A stretch of DNA of 64,000 nucleotides from an uncultured virus (IMG/VR IMGVR_UViG_3300027126_000148) (lineage: Duplodnaviria > Heunggongvirae > Uroviricota > Caudoviricetes): the IMG/VR virus record IMGVR_UViG_3300027126_000148; one strand, 5' to 3'. Made by a program: the position numbers and the translations under genes. The notes below the pieces were generated by a model. That model was not told the DNA's origin and did no database searches. It worked only from the letters and a program-made list of their open reading frames with translations. Of this stretch, positions 28,600-39,400 are shown in pieces (the stretch's first letter is position 1; each line of letters starts with the position of its first letter).

Positions 28600-31500
28600 T
28601 TAATTTAAAGGTCCAAATAATGGGATATAAACTTTATCAGTAGCGTTTGCTCCCGTCATGATAGGCAACCACCCTCTAAGAGTTCTGCCAGCGGTGCCTC
28701 CTGCTGGGCCTTCGATTGAATTTGTTTCTACTCTTATTACAGGATTAGTTGTATCTCCTTTAATATGAAGCCTTGCAGCAGATGGATTAGTTAAACCAAT
28801 TCCAACATTACCATTAGTTTCTAAAGAGTGATAGGTCACCCCTCCTGCTCCTAGCAAAAGCTTATTAGTATCTGTCCTAATAGTAGAGTTACCTGCGCCA
28901 CCATCAGTAGTTCTAGTTGAAGAATTAGTAAACATCGCTAATCCATTAGTGTTACCATCTCTGCGTAATACTAATACTGAATGAGCATTTGCTCCTGCAC
29001 TTAAATTTCTAATAAAGACACCGTTTTCTGCATCTCCACTAGCATAAACATCAAGTCTTCCAACAGCACCATCAGTTCCAATACCAACAAATCCATTGTT
29101 TGCCTGTATACGCATTCTTTCTGTCGCTCCGTTAGCATAAAATCTTAAGTGAGCAGAAGTCGTTCCAGCACTATTGTAGCCAATAAACATTCCGTCGTTG
29201 TAATTATTGCTTTCCGCTCTTATTACTCTACAGTTTAAATACATGTCACCATTACCGCCTCCTGCTGTATTGACAACATCTACGCCATTAAATTTTATTT
29301 TACTAGTTGTTCCAAGAATGTTTATGTCTCCATTTACGGTTAATTTAAAGTTTGGATTTGTGGTGCCAATACCAACTTTATTATTTGCGACTACTAGATC
29401 GCCACTTCCGTATTGACCCATTACAATACTATCATCAGCAAAGACTTCTAGGACTGGAATACCAGCAGAGTTATTAACACTCAATAGAGAGTTACTGAGG
29501 TCATCTACTACTGAGAATATAGTTCCATTAGTTCCATCTGCTCTTATAAGAGTTTGACCAGTAATAGTAGAGTAGATATGTAATTTACCAGTAGGAGTTG
29601 CTGTTCCTACTCCGATATTACCACCTCCTAAGTTAAATAATATATCACTATTTGCACCATTAAAACGAACTCTTGGGGCAGCGTCATTTTCTCCGACTCT
29701 TTGTATTTGTAAATTAGTGGTTCCATTATCTACATAATAATACCAATCAACAGAACCCGCTGTAGTAAACGCCATTCCGTTTTCGCTAGAAGTAGAGCTT
29801 CTATTTAATGCTAAAGAAGTTGCTCCTCCTCCTTGACCATCAATTGTAAAATTACCATCTGTTTTTATTCTTGATGAAGAAATTCTATACAAATTAGCTT
29901 GGGAGTCTGCTCCAAAAGTTATTCCACTTGCGGCAGTTGTTGAACCAGCACCACCAACTGATAAAATAGTGGTTGGATTTGTTAATCCAATGCCAACTCT
30001 ACCCTGATCAGTAAAAGTGACTCTATCATAGAGCGTTCCACCAAATCTAGTAGCAATAGCTAAACCACCGAAACCTCCGCCATTACTGTTTTCATAGACA
30101 CCCCTTATTTGACCAATATCATGAGCGGTATCTGCTATTCTAAAGTTTAATCCAAATCCATAATAACTACCCTGTCCATCATTTGTTGAGATAGTTACAT
30201 ATTTTGGCGAGGCAGAAGCTACTTGAACATCCAATAGACTATATGGACTTGTTGTATTTATGCCTACATTACCACCATCTTTTACTATTAATTTTGTAGA
30301 ATATGAAGTAGTTGGAGTTTGAATCAAAAAGTCACCGTCATCATTTCCCAAGAAAACATTATCATTAGATGAATCTATTAATGATATAAAACAACTAGTA
30401 GCAGAACTTCTGAATGTTCCAACTGTAGACGTTGTCCCACTAACTCTTAAATCACCTAAAACATCCAACTTAAAAGCAGGATTTGTTGTGCCTATACCAA
30501 CATTACCATTGGCGGCTAATCTCATTACTAAATTGCCATCACTTGCAGTCGTCGTTTGGCCTACAGTATTGTTCGTATAAAAATCAAGAAAACCACCTGC
30601 TGTTGTTCTACCTGCACGAATTTCATTTGCTCCATTATTACCAAATATTAAAAATCCTTTTGCTGTAGAGTCAACTCCAAAAGTGGTTAAATATGTACTT
30701 GGATAACTGGTGCTACCCAAGGTTAAGATAGTTGGTGCTGTACCGTATAAATTTAATGTTGATAATGGATTTGTTGTACCTATTCCTACGTTTCCATTCT
30801 CTCTTTTAATATTTAAAACTCTGTTCTGAGCGCTATTTTCATACACTCCAAGAGAAACTACATTATTATCAGCATCATAACCAATATAACCTCCATAACC
30901 AGTAGTTCCGTAAGTGGATCTATCTTCTGAAAATATTATCCTCTTGAAATAAGTATCATTAATATCTAGCACCATCCAAGGGTTACTATTCGAAGCAGTT
31001 CCGCCAATGTGCAATTGAGCTGCTGCATTAGTAGTGCCTATTCCAACATTTCCTGAGAAATATCTATTTCCAACTTGGGTAACTTTTATAACTTTCCATC
31101 CAGAAATACGACAAGCTCTTGTTCCAGTTCCCGCTGTATAGTTGAATAAAGCTAAAGGAGTCCAATATTTTGTACCTGTTTTAAATTGACCAGTTGCTGT
31201 AGCTGAAAATCCACCAATATATCCACTTACTTTTGTCCAAGTAGTTGTTGGATTAGAATTAAGCATTACCCAATAACCATAACTACCGGGATTACCTCCT
31301 AAATCAGCAAAATTATGATCGAAATCTTGGCTTCCCATGTAGTGACCTTGGGATGTTCCTACATTTTGTATCCAACATTCCATGTAGAAAATATCATTAG
31401 TATCTACAGGAATATAAGGAAAACCAGAATCCATAAATCCACCAACATTAACTGCACCATCAATATAAATACAATATCCACCGGGAGCATCAGCTACTGC

Positions 31501-34500
31501 TACCCAAGTGACGTTACTACTATTAAAATATTTTTGAAGTTCAGCTTGGCTCCATGTGGGGTCTATTTCAAATACCGTTTCTCCGGGAGTATAGTGACCA
31601 AGCGGATAACCTTCAGAATTACTAATTCTACTATTCGTTCTTAGGATTCCGCCTCTAACGTCTAGTTTTTCAAGTGGACTTGTTGTACCTATTCCAACAT
31701 TACTGTCGTATCCAACTGACATTATGACGCTAGTAGCTAAATTTTCTGATCTGTTGATAGCAAAGTCTATTCTTGTGTCTGTGGGATTATTCCAATAAGG
31801 AGTAATTTGAGCGCGATAACCAGTACCAGTATCGAATCTTAATTGAATACCTTTGCCTTGAGTAGAAGCTACATCAATATTAAACAAAGGAGCAGTAACT
31901 CCACCTAAACCAAGATTATATCCACCTGCAATATCAAGAAGAGTTAAAATGTTAGAATTTAAACCAGAAATTACAAACCCCCTTGTATCTTCATTACTAA
32001 CACCTCTAAAATAACCTACGTCTACATAACGAGAATTTTTTGTATCTGTTTGGTATCTTGTTAAAGCGTATTGATTCCAAAGAAGGCTTGGATTTCTTAC
32101 GTTTTGGACTACACTTGTTGTAGAAACTCCTTCAAGATCTAACTTATAAGTAGGATTTATTGTACCTATTCCAACATTTCCTCCTTGATGTTGCAGTAAT
32201 AAAGCATTGTATCCACCACCTTGATAAGAACTTGCAATTGAAGTAGTTCTTTGCGCTGAACCACCAGCATTTTCTACTCTAAAAGCGATACCTACAATAT
32301 CATTTGAATCAACTGATGCTGCTGTAAATTTTCCATCAAGCAATAACAAAGAGTTTGTTGAATTATCAGCTAATCCAGTTTTATAAACGTGCAATCTTTC
32401 TGCTGGAGCATTGGTGCTTAGTCCAACATCATAAGTATTAGTAAGTATTGTGAAAACATTTATTGGAGAAGCTGAGTAACCTGCATTATTAATTATTAAA
32501 CCATTAGAAGAAATTACATGATATCCCCCATTTGCGTACTGTATACTTTGCCAAGAACTAAAAGATCCAGCGGTGCCACCTAAATATAAACCGTTTGTAC
32601 TTGGAATAAATACAGGTCCATTTACTTCTAATTTAGCACTTGGAGCTGTAATTCCTATACCAATATTTCCTGTATAAGCAAACAAAGCGTTTGCTATCTT
32701 ACCACCCCTAGAAACTACTCCAATTGCTCCAGTTATAGATGTATTAGCTTGTATAGTAAGAGATCTTGCATCATTACTTTGATCATAAAATTGACCATTG
32801 TAATATACTGTCGCAGCATCAAGACTTGATGGACTAAATGACACTAATTGCGCGGCATCGATTGCAAAATATTTACTAGTAAAACCGTTAAGGTAAACAC
32901 TATAAAGAATTGGTTGCTCTGTAGTAGAATCACTATCAATTGAAAGAACATCAGCATGAAGAAGATCTTTATTATATCCTTGCCCTATACATACTTTAAC
33001 TCTTGCATTTCTAAGATTTTCTCCGTTGCTTCCTCTAGAAAAGAATAATTCTCCTCTGACTCTTAAACCATTTCCTGCAACAGTTAATGTATCATTATAA
33101 GGACCAAGAATTATCCACCTGTAAGCTGCCGTCGCTATACTTGGGAAAGTAGCGACATAGCCTAAATAAAGTCCCATACGATATTCTGAAGATGCAGTAA
33201 TTGAATTTCCAACAGTTAAGTTTCCAACAGCAACAAAACTACCATCTGTTCTAATTGTGTCTCCAGCGACACGATAGAGATTTGCTTCATCATCTCCACC
33301 AAAAGTTATGCCGCTTGCTGGTGATGTAGAACCCGCAGGACCAACAGAAAGAAGAGTTGTTGGAGAAGAAGTTCCAATTCCGAATTTTCCACCAAGAATA
33401 TAAGAATCTGCTCCTGCCGTTGATCTTAATAAATTTGTCCATGCGCCAGCATCATTCCAAAGTTGGACATTAGATGCAATATTCCAAGAAGATGTCGCAT
33501 CGTTTGAAGCATACCATTTAGCGCCACCTCCGGGCGTTAAAACAAATAGTTGATTATTATTATTTGCATTATGATGTTGCCAAGCACTATTGTTATAATA
33601 AATACCAGCGCTTAAATACGTTTCGGCTTCCCATGCCATGATGCCAAAAGCGCATTTTGAAGCAGCTTTTCTTGCAACGAATTGTGATTCTTCAAAACCA
33701 TCAGTAGATACTGTTATTCCACTTACTGATGCGAAATTACTTCCAAAGACTAATCTTGAAGAAGGATTTGTAGTTCCAACTCCTATATTGCCTCTTACGA
33801 GCAAAGCGGCATTTTGATCGATATTACCATTGAATCCTATTCTGCTTTGTAAAGTTTCAACTACTGGTTTGTAATAGACCGTCGTATTTGTTGTATATAC
33901 AGTACCTGCTGTTAAGGAATTGATATTTACGGAACGAGTGACATCAACCGTAAAACCTTTAATTTTGATAGCAGGAACATTACCAGTAGAAGTTCTATGA
34001 ATAATTGTAAAATAATATTTACCAGTAGTCGTATTAAAGAAAATACCATCAATTGCATAATTATCTGCAACTGCTCCATATGCTGCTGTATAATAACTAG
34101 TATTGTCATAAAGAGAAGCTGCATAAGGACCAGATCCTGTTGCTGGATTTAATCCAAGCGCAAATACTTTAATTAATTTACCAGTTGCTAATTGATCGCT
34201 ATATCCATCTGTTATTTCAACTTCTAAGTTTCCCCAAAATACAACTGCGCCGGGAGTAACATTAAAAACAATGTCAACCTTTTGGTTAGCTACAGCATGA
34301 GGAAACGATACTGTTATGATTTTCTCTGAGACTCTTGATAAAGAGCGAAAAGTATCTTTATAAACATCCAATCCAAATATTGGATTATTTGTACCTATAC
34401 CTACATTTGTATTCTGAAGTCTCATGACTTCATTTGCAGATAAACTATCAGCATTACAAAATCTTAAACTATTTACGTTACTTCCATCACGAACAAACCC

Positions 34501-36417
34501 AACAGAATACTCTGAAGCTTGTGCGCTAAAATTAATCAGAGATTCAGAATCATTCGCGCTTTCAATTGTAACCTTAGCGGCAGCACCAAGATTTTTAATA
34601 TGCAATGCTGAAGTAGCTTCTGGATTTGTTAGTCCAATACCAACATTACCAGCAAAAGTTGCATTTGCAGCGACTACTAAAGAGCCATCTGTTTTAATTG
34701 TGTCTTCAGCCGATCTATAAAGATTTGCTTGAGCGTCTCCACCAAAAGTTATACCGCTTGCAGCAAGCGTAGAACCGGCACCACCAATATTTAAAAGAGA
34801 AGCTGTACTTGTCGATCCAATCAAAACTCTTGTCCCACTAATTGCAAAATTTACATTACTATTATGATCTTCTATAGACAAAGAATAATTTGATAAATGA
34901 TCTCTTATCCTTAACCCAGCGTTTGAAGTCGTTTGATTTGCTGCGCTTAAATTATTTCCCCTTTCTAAGAGAAGGAGATTAGTTGCGGCAGGATTTGTGA
35001 ATAGCTCTTTAAAGAATGCAATTGGTTGAGCAGTGTTTGAATTCCTTGTTACATTAAGTAAACCAGTTATTACTGAAGTTCCAATACCAACGCCAGCAGC
35101 GGTAATGTTTATAGAGGTTGATGTTAATATTAAATTAGAACTATTGTCATTATTTAATCCTAAAGAAAGAATATTATTATAGTAATTTATTAAACTAGAA
35201 TTATAAGCACCAGCACTATTAAAAAGTAATATTGATGTATTATCACTATTATAATTTGATATTATTAAATCAGCATCAGCGGCATCATAAGTACCATAGC
35301 TATTTTGTCTACCAATAAATCCTGCTCCTGCTGTATGTAACTTAAAGGAAGGATTTGTTGTACCTATACCAACATTACCATCATTTTTTATGGTTAAAGA
35401 ATCTCCATACGCTTGAGAGTTAAATCTTAACGTAGTATCGTCTGCGGGTGGCATATACATATACCATTTAGCAGTACCATTTGTTCTAAGTTGAACGCCA
35501 GCTTCATAATTGGTTCTGTTTATAACAACATAGGCATGTTGATTGGTTGCGCCATTGATTGTTAATTGTGGATAAGTAGTGCCAATTGTCGATGTGCCAC
35601 CCGCAGCAAAATTACCATTAACTTCTAATTTATAAACTGGACTTGTCACGCCTATACCAACATTACCAGCCCCATTAGGAGACAAAATTATATGACCATC
35701 AGCCGCATTCGTTGCTAAAGTTAAAGGTCCTGTACTAGTGCGAATAGTTTGTGCGCCATCCGATTGTAAAATACCAGCCGAAGTAACAGCCCACTTTTCA
35801 ACATTACCTATTCTAAAATGCAACGTTTGACCTGCCGCAGCGTTTACAAATACTTCTCCAGCAGGACTTTGCAAGAATCCATAATTTGCGCCAATTAAGC
35901 TTAAAGAATTATTCTGTAAATAAATATAAGTAGTATCAAGAGGCCAAGTTCCAAATTCCATTAGGCCAACTCTGGCATTTACACCACTGCCCCTTACATC
36001 TAATTTATAAGCTGGATTAGAAGTTCCAATTCCAACTTTATTATTAATCAATACAAAATCACCACTTCCATATTGCCCAGCAACAACCCTATCATCAGCA
36101 AAGACTTCTAGGACTGGAATACCTGCGCTATTATTAACGCTCAATAGAGAATTAGATAAATCATCAGTAACAGAAAAAATTGTACCATTAGTACCATCCG
36201 CTCTAAGCAAAGTATCGCCAGTTATAGAAGAATAAACATGCAGCTTGCCTGTTGGTGCAGTTGTTCCAATACCAACCAAACCTGCGGCAGTAATAGAAAT
36301 TCTTTCCACGTTACTCGTCTTGAGCAACATAGGATAAGAATCAGACGTTCTTATATTAAGCGTACCCGCTGTTGAATTTACATCATTAGATGCTGGTGTG
36401 ATTACGATATCGCCCAT
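28600..36417 (-). CDS. Giant tail fibre-like protein with GNVGIGT repeats
   Basis: 2605 aa; many G-N-V-G-I-G-T-x-x-P-x-x-x-L-x-V repeats separating variable modules. Confidence 0.85.
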   Translation of the reverse strand: MGDIVITPASNDVNSTAGTLNIRTSDSYPMLLKTSNVERISITAAGLVGIGTTAPTGKLHVYSSITGDTLLRADGTNGTIFSVTDDLSNSLLSVNNSAGIPVLEVFADDRVVAGQYGSGDFVLINNKVGIGTSNPAYKLDVRGSGVNARVGLMEFGTWPLDTTYIYLQNNSLSLIGANYGFLQSPAGEVFVNAAAGQTLHFRIGNVEKWAVTSAGILQSDGAQTIRTSTGPLTLATNAADGHIILSPNGAGNVGIGVTSPVYKLEVNGNFAAGGTSTIGTTYPQLTINGATNQHAYVVINRTNYEAGVQLRTNGTAKWYMYMPPADDTTLRFNSQAYGDSLTIKNDGNVGIGTTNPSFKLHTAGAGFIGRQNSYGTYDAADADLIISNYNSDNTSILLFNSAGAYNSSLINYYNNILSLGLNNDNSSNLILTSTSINITAAGVGIGTSVITGLLNVTRNSNTAQPIAFFKELFTNPAATNLLLLERGNNLSAANQTTSNAGLRIRDHLSNYSLSIEDHNSNVNFAISGTRVLIGSTSTASLLNIGGAGSTLAASGITFGGDAQANLYRSAEDTIKTDGSLVVAANATFAGNVGIGLTNPEATSALHIKNLGAAAKVTIESANDSESLINFSAQASEYSVGFVRDGSNVNSLRFCNADSLSANEVMRLQNTNVGIGTNNPIFGLDVYKDTFRSLSRVSEKIITVSFPHAVANQKVDIVFNVTPGAVVFWGNLEVEITDGYSDQLATGKLIKVFALGLNPATGSGPYAASLYDNTSYYTAAYGAVADNYAIDGIFFNTTTGKYYFTIIHRTSTGNVPAIKIKGFTVDVTRSVNINSLTAGTVYTTNTTVYYKPVVETLQSRIGFNGNIDQNAALLVRGNIGVGTTNPSSRLVFGSNFASVSGITVSTDGFEESQFVARKAASKCAFGIMAWEAETYLSAGIYYNNSAWQHHNANNNNQLFVLTPGGGAKWYASNDATSSWNIASNVQLWNDAGAWTNLLRSTAGADSYILGGKFGIGTSSPTTLLSVGPAGSTSPASGITFGGDDEANLYRVAGDTIRTDGSFVAVGNLTVGNSITASSEYRMGLYLGYVATFPSIATAAYRWIILGPYNDTLTVAGNGLRVRGELFFSRGSNGENLRNARVKVCIGQGYNKDLLHADVLSIDSDSTTEQPILYSVYLNGFTSKYFAIDAAQLVSFSPSSLDAATVYYNGQFYDQSNDARSLTIQANTSITGAIGVVSRGGKIANALFAYTGNIGIGITAPSAKLEVNGPVFIPSTNGLYLGGTAGSFSSWQSIQYANGGYHVISSNGLIINNAGYSASPINVFTILTNTYDVGLSTNAPAERLHVYKTGLADNSTNSLLLLDGKFTAASVDSNDIVGIAFRVENAGGSAQRTTSIASSYQGGGYNALLLQHQGGNVGIGTINPTYKLDLEGVSTTSVVQNVRNPSLLWNQYALTRYQTDTKNSRYVDVGYFRGVSNEDTRGFVISGLNSNILTLLDIAGGYNLGLGGVTAPLFNIDVASTQGKGIQLRFDTGTGYRAQITPYWNNPTDTRIDFAINRSENLATSVIMSVGYDSNVGIGTTSPLEKLDVRGGILRTNSRISNSEGYPLGHYTPGETVFEIDPTWSQAELQKYFNSSNVTWVAVADAPGGYCIYIDGAVNVGGFMDSGFPYIPVDTNDIFYMECWIQNVGTSQGHYMGSQDFDHNFADLGGNPGSYGYWVMLNSNPTTTWTKVSGYIGGFSATATGQFKTGTKYWTPLALFNYTAGTGTRACRISGWKVIKVTQVGNRYFSGNVGIGTTNAAAQLHIGGTASNSNPWMVLDINDTYFKRIIFSEDRSTYGTTGYGGYIGYDADNNVVSLGVYENSAQNRVLNIKRENGNVGIGTTNPLSTLNLYGTAPTILTLGSTSYPSTYLTTFGVDSTAKGFLIFGNNGANEIRAGRTTAGGFLDFYTNNTVGQTTTASDGNLVMRLAANGNVGIGTTNPAFKLDVLGDLRVSGTTSTVGTFRSSATSCFISLIDSSNDNVFLGNDDGDFLIQTPTTSYSTKLIVKDGGNVGINTTSPYSLLDVQVASASPKYVTISTNDGQGSYYGFGLNFRIADTAHDIGQIRGVYENSNGGGFGGLAIATRFGGTLYDRVTFTDQGRVGIGLTNPTTILSVGGAGSTTAASGITFGADSQANLYRISSSRIKTDGNFTIDGQGGGATSLALNRSSTSSENGMAFTTAGSVDWYYYVDNGTTNLQIQRVGENDAAPRVRFNGANSDILFNLGGGNIGVGTATPTGKLHIYSTITGQTLIRADGTNGTIFSVVDDLSNSLLSVNNSAGIPVLEVFADDSIVMGQYGSGDLVVANNKVGIGTTNPNFKLTVNGDINILGTTSKIKFNGVDVVNTAGGGNGDMYLNCRVIRAESNNYNDGMFIGYNSAGTTSAHLRFYANGATERMRIQANNGFVGIGTDGAVGRLDVYASGDAENGVFIRNLSAGANAHSVLVLRRDGNTNGLAMFTNSSTRTTDGGAGNSTIRTDTNKLLLGAGGVTYHSLETNGNVGIGLTNPSAARLHIKGDTTNPVIRVETNSIEGPAGGTAGRTLRGWLPIMTGANATDKVYIPLFGPLN

Positions 36418-36421
36418 ATTT

Positions 36422-39400
36422 TTATTCCATATCCCTTTCAGTTATTAACCTAGAAACGTCCTTACGTTCTGCAAAAATTGTATAATAATAATCATATATA
36501 TTATCATCACTATCTGTATAAATGTACACTTTGTTGTGACCTATTTGATCTACACTGTAGTTTCTTATTTTTCCATCTTTGCGTTTGCCTACTGATGTTA
36601 AATCAACAGTTATTGAATCATCGTGGACTAAACCTGACCAGTAATGAGGTAGATTTATTTCATTATTATTATTTCTGCCTCTGAAGTAAACACCGTTTTC
36701 TGGACCTTCTAGAGATGCATAAATTAATCTCTTTCCAGAAATTGTTGGGTGAACTATATCGAAACTCTTTGTTGTGGCAGCGAAGCTACCATTTACTTGA
36801 AGCCTATATGTAGTATTAACAGCAGTATTTACTCCTACATAAGTGCCATCATCAAAGATTTGGCTATTTGCTATTGATTTGGTGTCATTCCATTTAGTGA
36901 TATAATTGGCAGTACCATTACCAGAAACGAGATTCGCAGCAGTTACATTTCCAACTACTATTAAGTTACCATCTGTTTTAATCGTATCTTCAGCAGACCT
37001 GTATAAATTAGCTTCAGCATCATTTCCAAAGCACATTCCGCTAACAGCAGTAGTTGAACCTGCACCACCAACTGATAATAATGTAATTGGAGAACTTATT
37101 CCTATCCCTACTTTTCCATCTGCTTGTATTCTAACTTTTTCAGTTAAGCTTCCTCCAGTTGCAGTATAAAAAGCGAGATAAGCGTTTTGATCCGCCGCAG
37201 TAGAAGAATAAGTGTTGTGATTTAAAGCTGCAATCCTTGCGCCTCTTGCTATGGTTCCAGCAGTAGTAGTACTAGTTCCACCATAACCTATGTCTAAGTT
37301 TAAAGAAGTTCCACGATTAACAAGTGTATCTGGACCTTGAGCGTTAACTAAAGTTAAAACTGTTGTCCCTTGAGAGCCTATGTTTTGATTTCTTTGTATC
37401 AACAATCCAGAAACAGAAATGGGAGTAAAATTAATATATCTACCATTATTACTAAAAACATGTAATAATCCAGCGGGATCAGTTGTACCGATACCAATGT
37501 TACCATTGCTTAAAATACTTAATCTCTCAACTCCTGCATCGTCATCGATGAAACGTAAACGATCATTTGCTATGATGGTCCATTCACCATCTGAATTTTT
37601 CATCTTAATTCCAGCGTTACCAGCGCTAGAATTTCTTGCGTAAAAGTATGTATTATTAGTATTTAAATCATTATATAAATAAACTTGGTCTCCGCGAACA
37701 TGCAATGCAGCGTCAGGACTTGTTGTGCCAATACCTATATTTGAACTTTGATCAACGAAAATTACACCATTTCCAAAAGCAGTGACATTAGAAACAAAAG
37801 ACGCATCAGTAAGAATAAGAGGAGAATCAATAATAGATCCTTCAAAATACATTTCTGTAGAAGGTTGTCCTCCTGAATCTGATGTTTCTATCGCATGATA
37901 AACTACTCCACCGTATGTGACTTTTACAAGTCTAACGAATCTAGTGCCTATAGCACCTAATCTACTAACTTGAAAAATTTCAGTATTGTAACCTCTGCTA
38001 GAATTTACTTCATAGATATCTACATTATGCCCAGTTCCACTAGTTCCTCTTCTTAGAATTACTTTACCAATTACATAACTTGCTTCAAGAAACCCAGATG
38101 TATAAGCTTTCGCTAAAATTAAATATCCTTTATAAGTTCCTCCTTGAGGGTTTCCTTCTATTGGTATTCTCTGTGCTTTGAAATTAAATAGAGCGCCATC
38201 AGTGGCATAAATGTTTCCTTGAACTTGTAATTTTTCAAGTGGACTAGTCTGACCAATACCAACATTTCCACCGTTAAAGTAAGAAGACGCACTAGCTCTA
38301 ATTTGAAATCCAACTGAAGTAGACGTACCTACCGGAGTATATCCAAAAATACTTGCTCCATTCGTATCGTCACGCATTAATGTTAATACGCGATTTGTGT
38401 CATTGGTAGTATTTACTTTCGATAATATGATACCATTACCATTTGGAGTTCCTATAGCAACAACACCACCCCAATCATTTGTTAGAGTACCAACAGTTAA
38501 TAAACTTGCAGTTGTCCCAGCGATTTGTAATTTAGCATTAGGACTTGTTGTGTCTATACCTACTCTGCCAACAGCAACATCATGATAAAAAGTTGAATTG
38601 TTATCAAAACGCCATTTTTCGGCGTTATAGTTCTGCATTACTTCCGTTATTGATAAAACTCTATTATAAGTTCTAGCAATTGGAATATAACCATTAAAAG
38701 TTTCTACTGTTGTATCTCCTCCTAACCATATCGCTCCTGTACCAACGTTAAATGTACTTACATAAGCAAACGTCGCAGTTAGAACGCCATTTATATAAGT
38801 ATTAATATTAGAAGAAGCATCGGTCGTTACTACTATATGATACCATTTTCCAGCAGTTAAAGTTCCGCAATTATTAGTATTTGGATATACATTCAATACT
38901 CCATTTATAACACCAATTAATGGTCTCTCTATACCTAAGCCACCAGAATCCCAAATTGTATCCCAGCCACTTCCACCAGTAGCGAAAGCGTCTCCATTAA
39001 CCCAAGCTTCCCAAGTATGAGGCAACGCCATTACATAAGAAGCAATTTGCAAGTATGAAGAATTATTTGCAGTATATAAAGAAGTGTTACCATCTTTATT
39101 ACTTATTGTTGCTGCATTAACTAAAGCTAAAGCATAGTTATTATTAGAAAGATCTTTTATTGAAGAAGCAGAAACTACAGAATCAAAACAAGTTTTATTA
39201 TTAAAATCAACATAAAAAGAAAGACCATTTTTTACAATATCATTTCTTTGAGTATAAGCAAATTTTGATCTATTTAAAATATAACCATTAACATCTAATC
39301 TTTCAGCAGGACTTGTTGAACTTATACCGACATTCCCACCTCTTAATATGGTCATCCTTTGAGTAAGGCCACCAGCAACAGTGGGACGAGTATAGAAACC

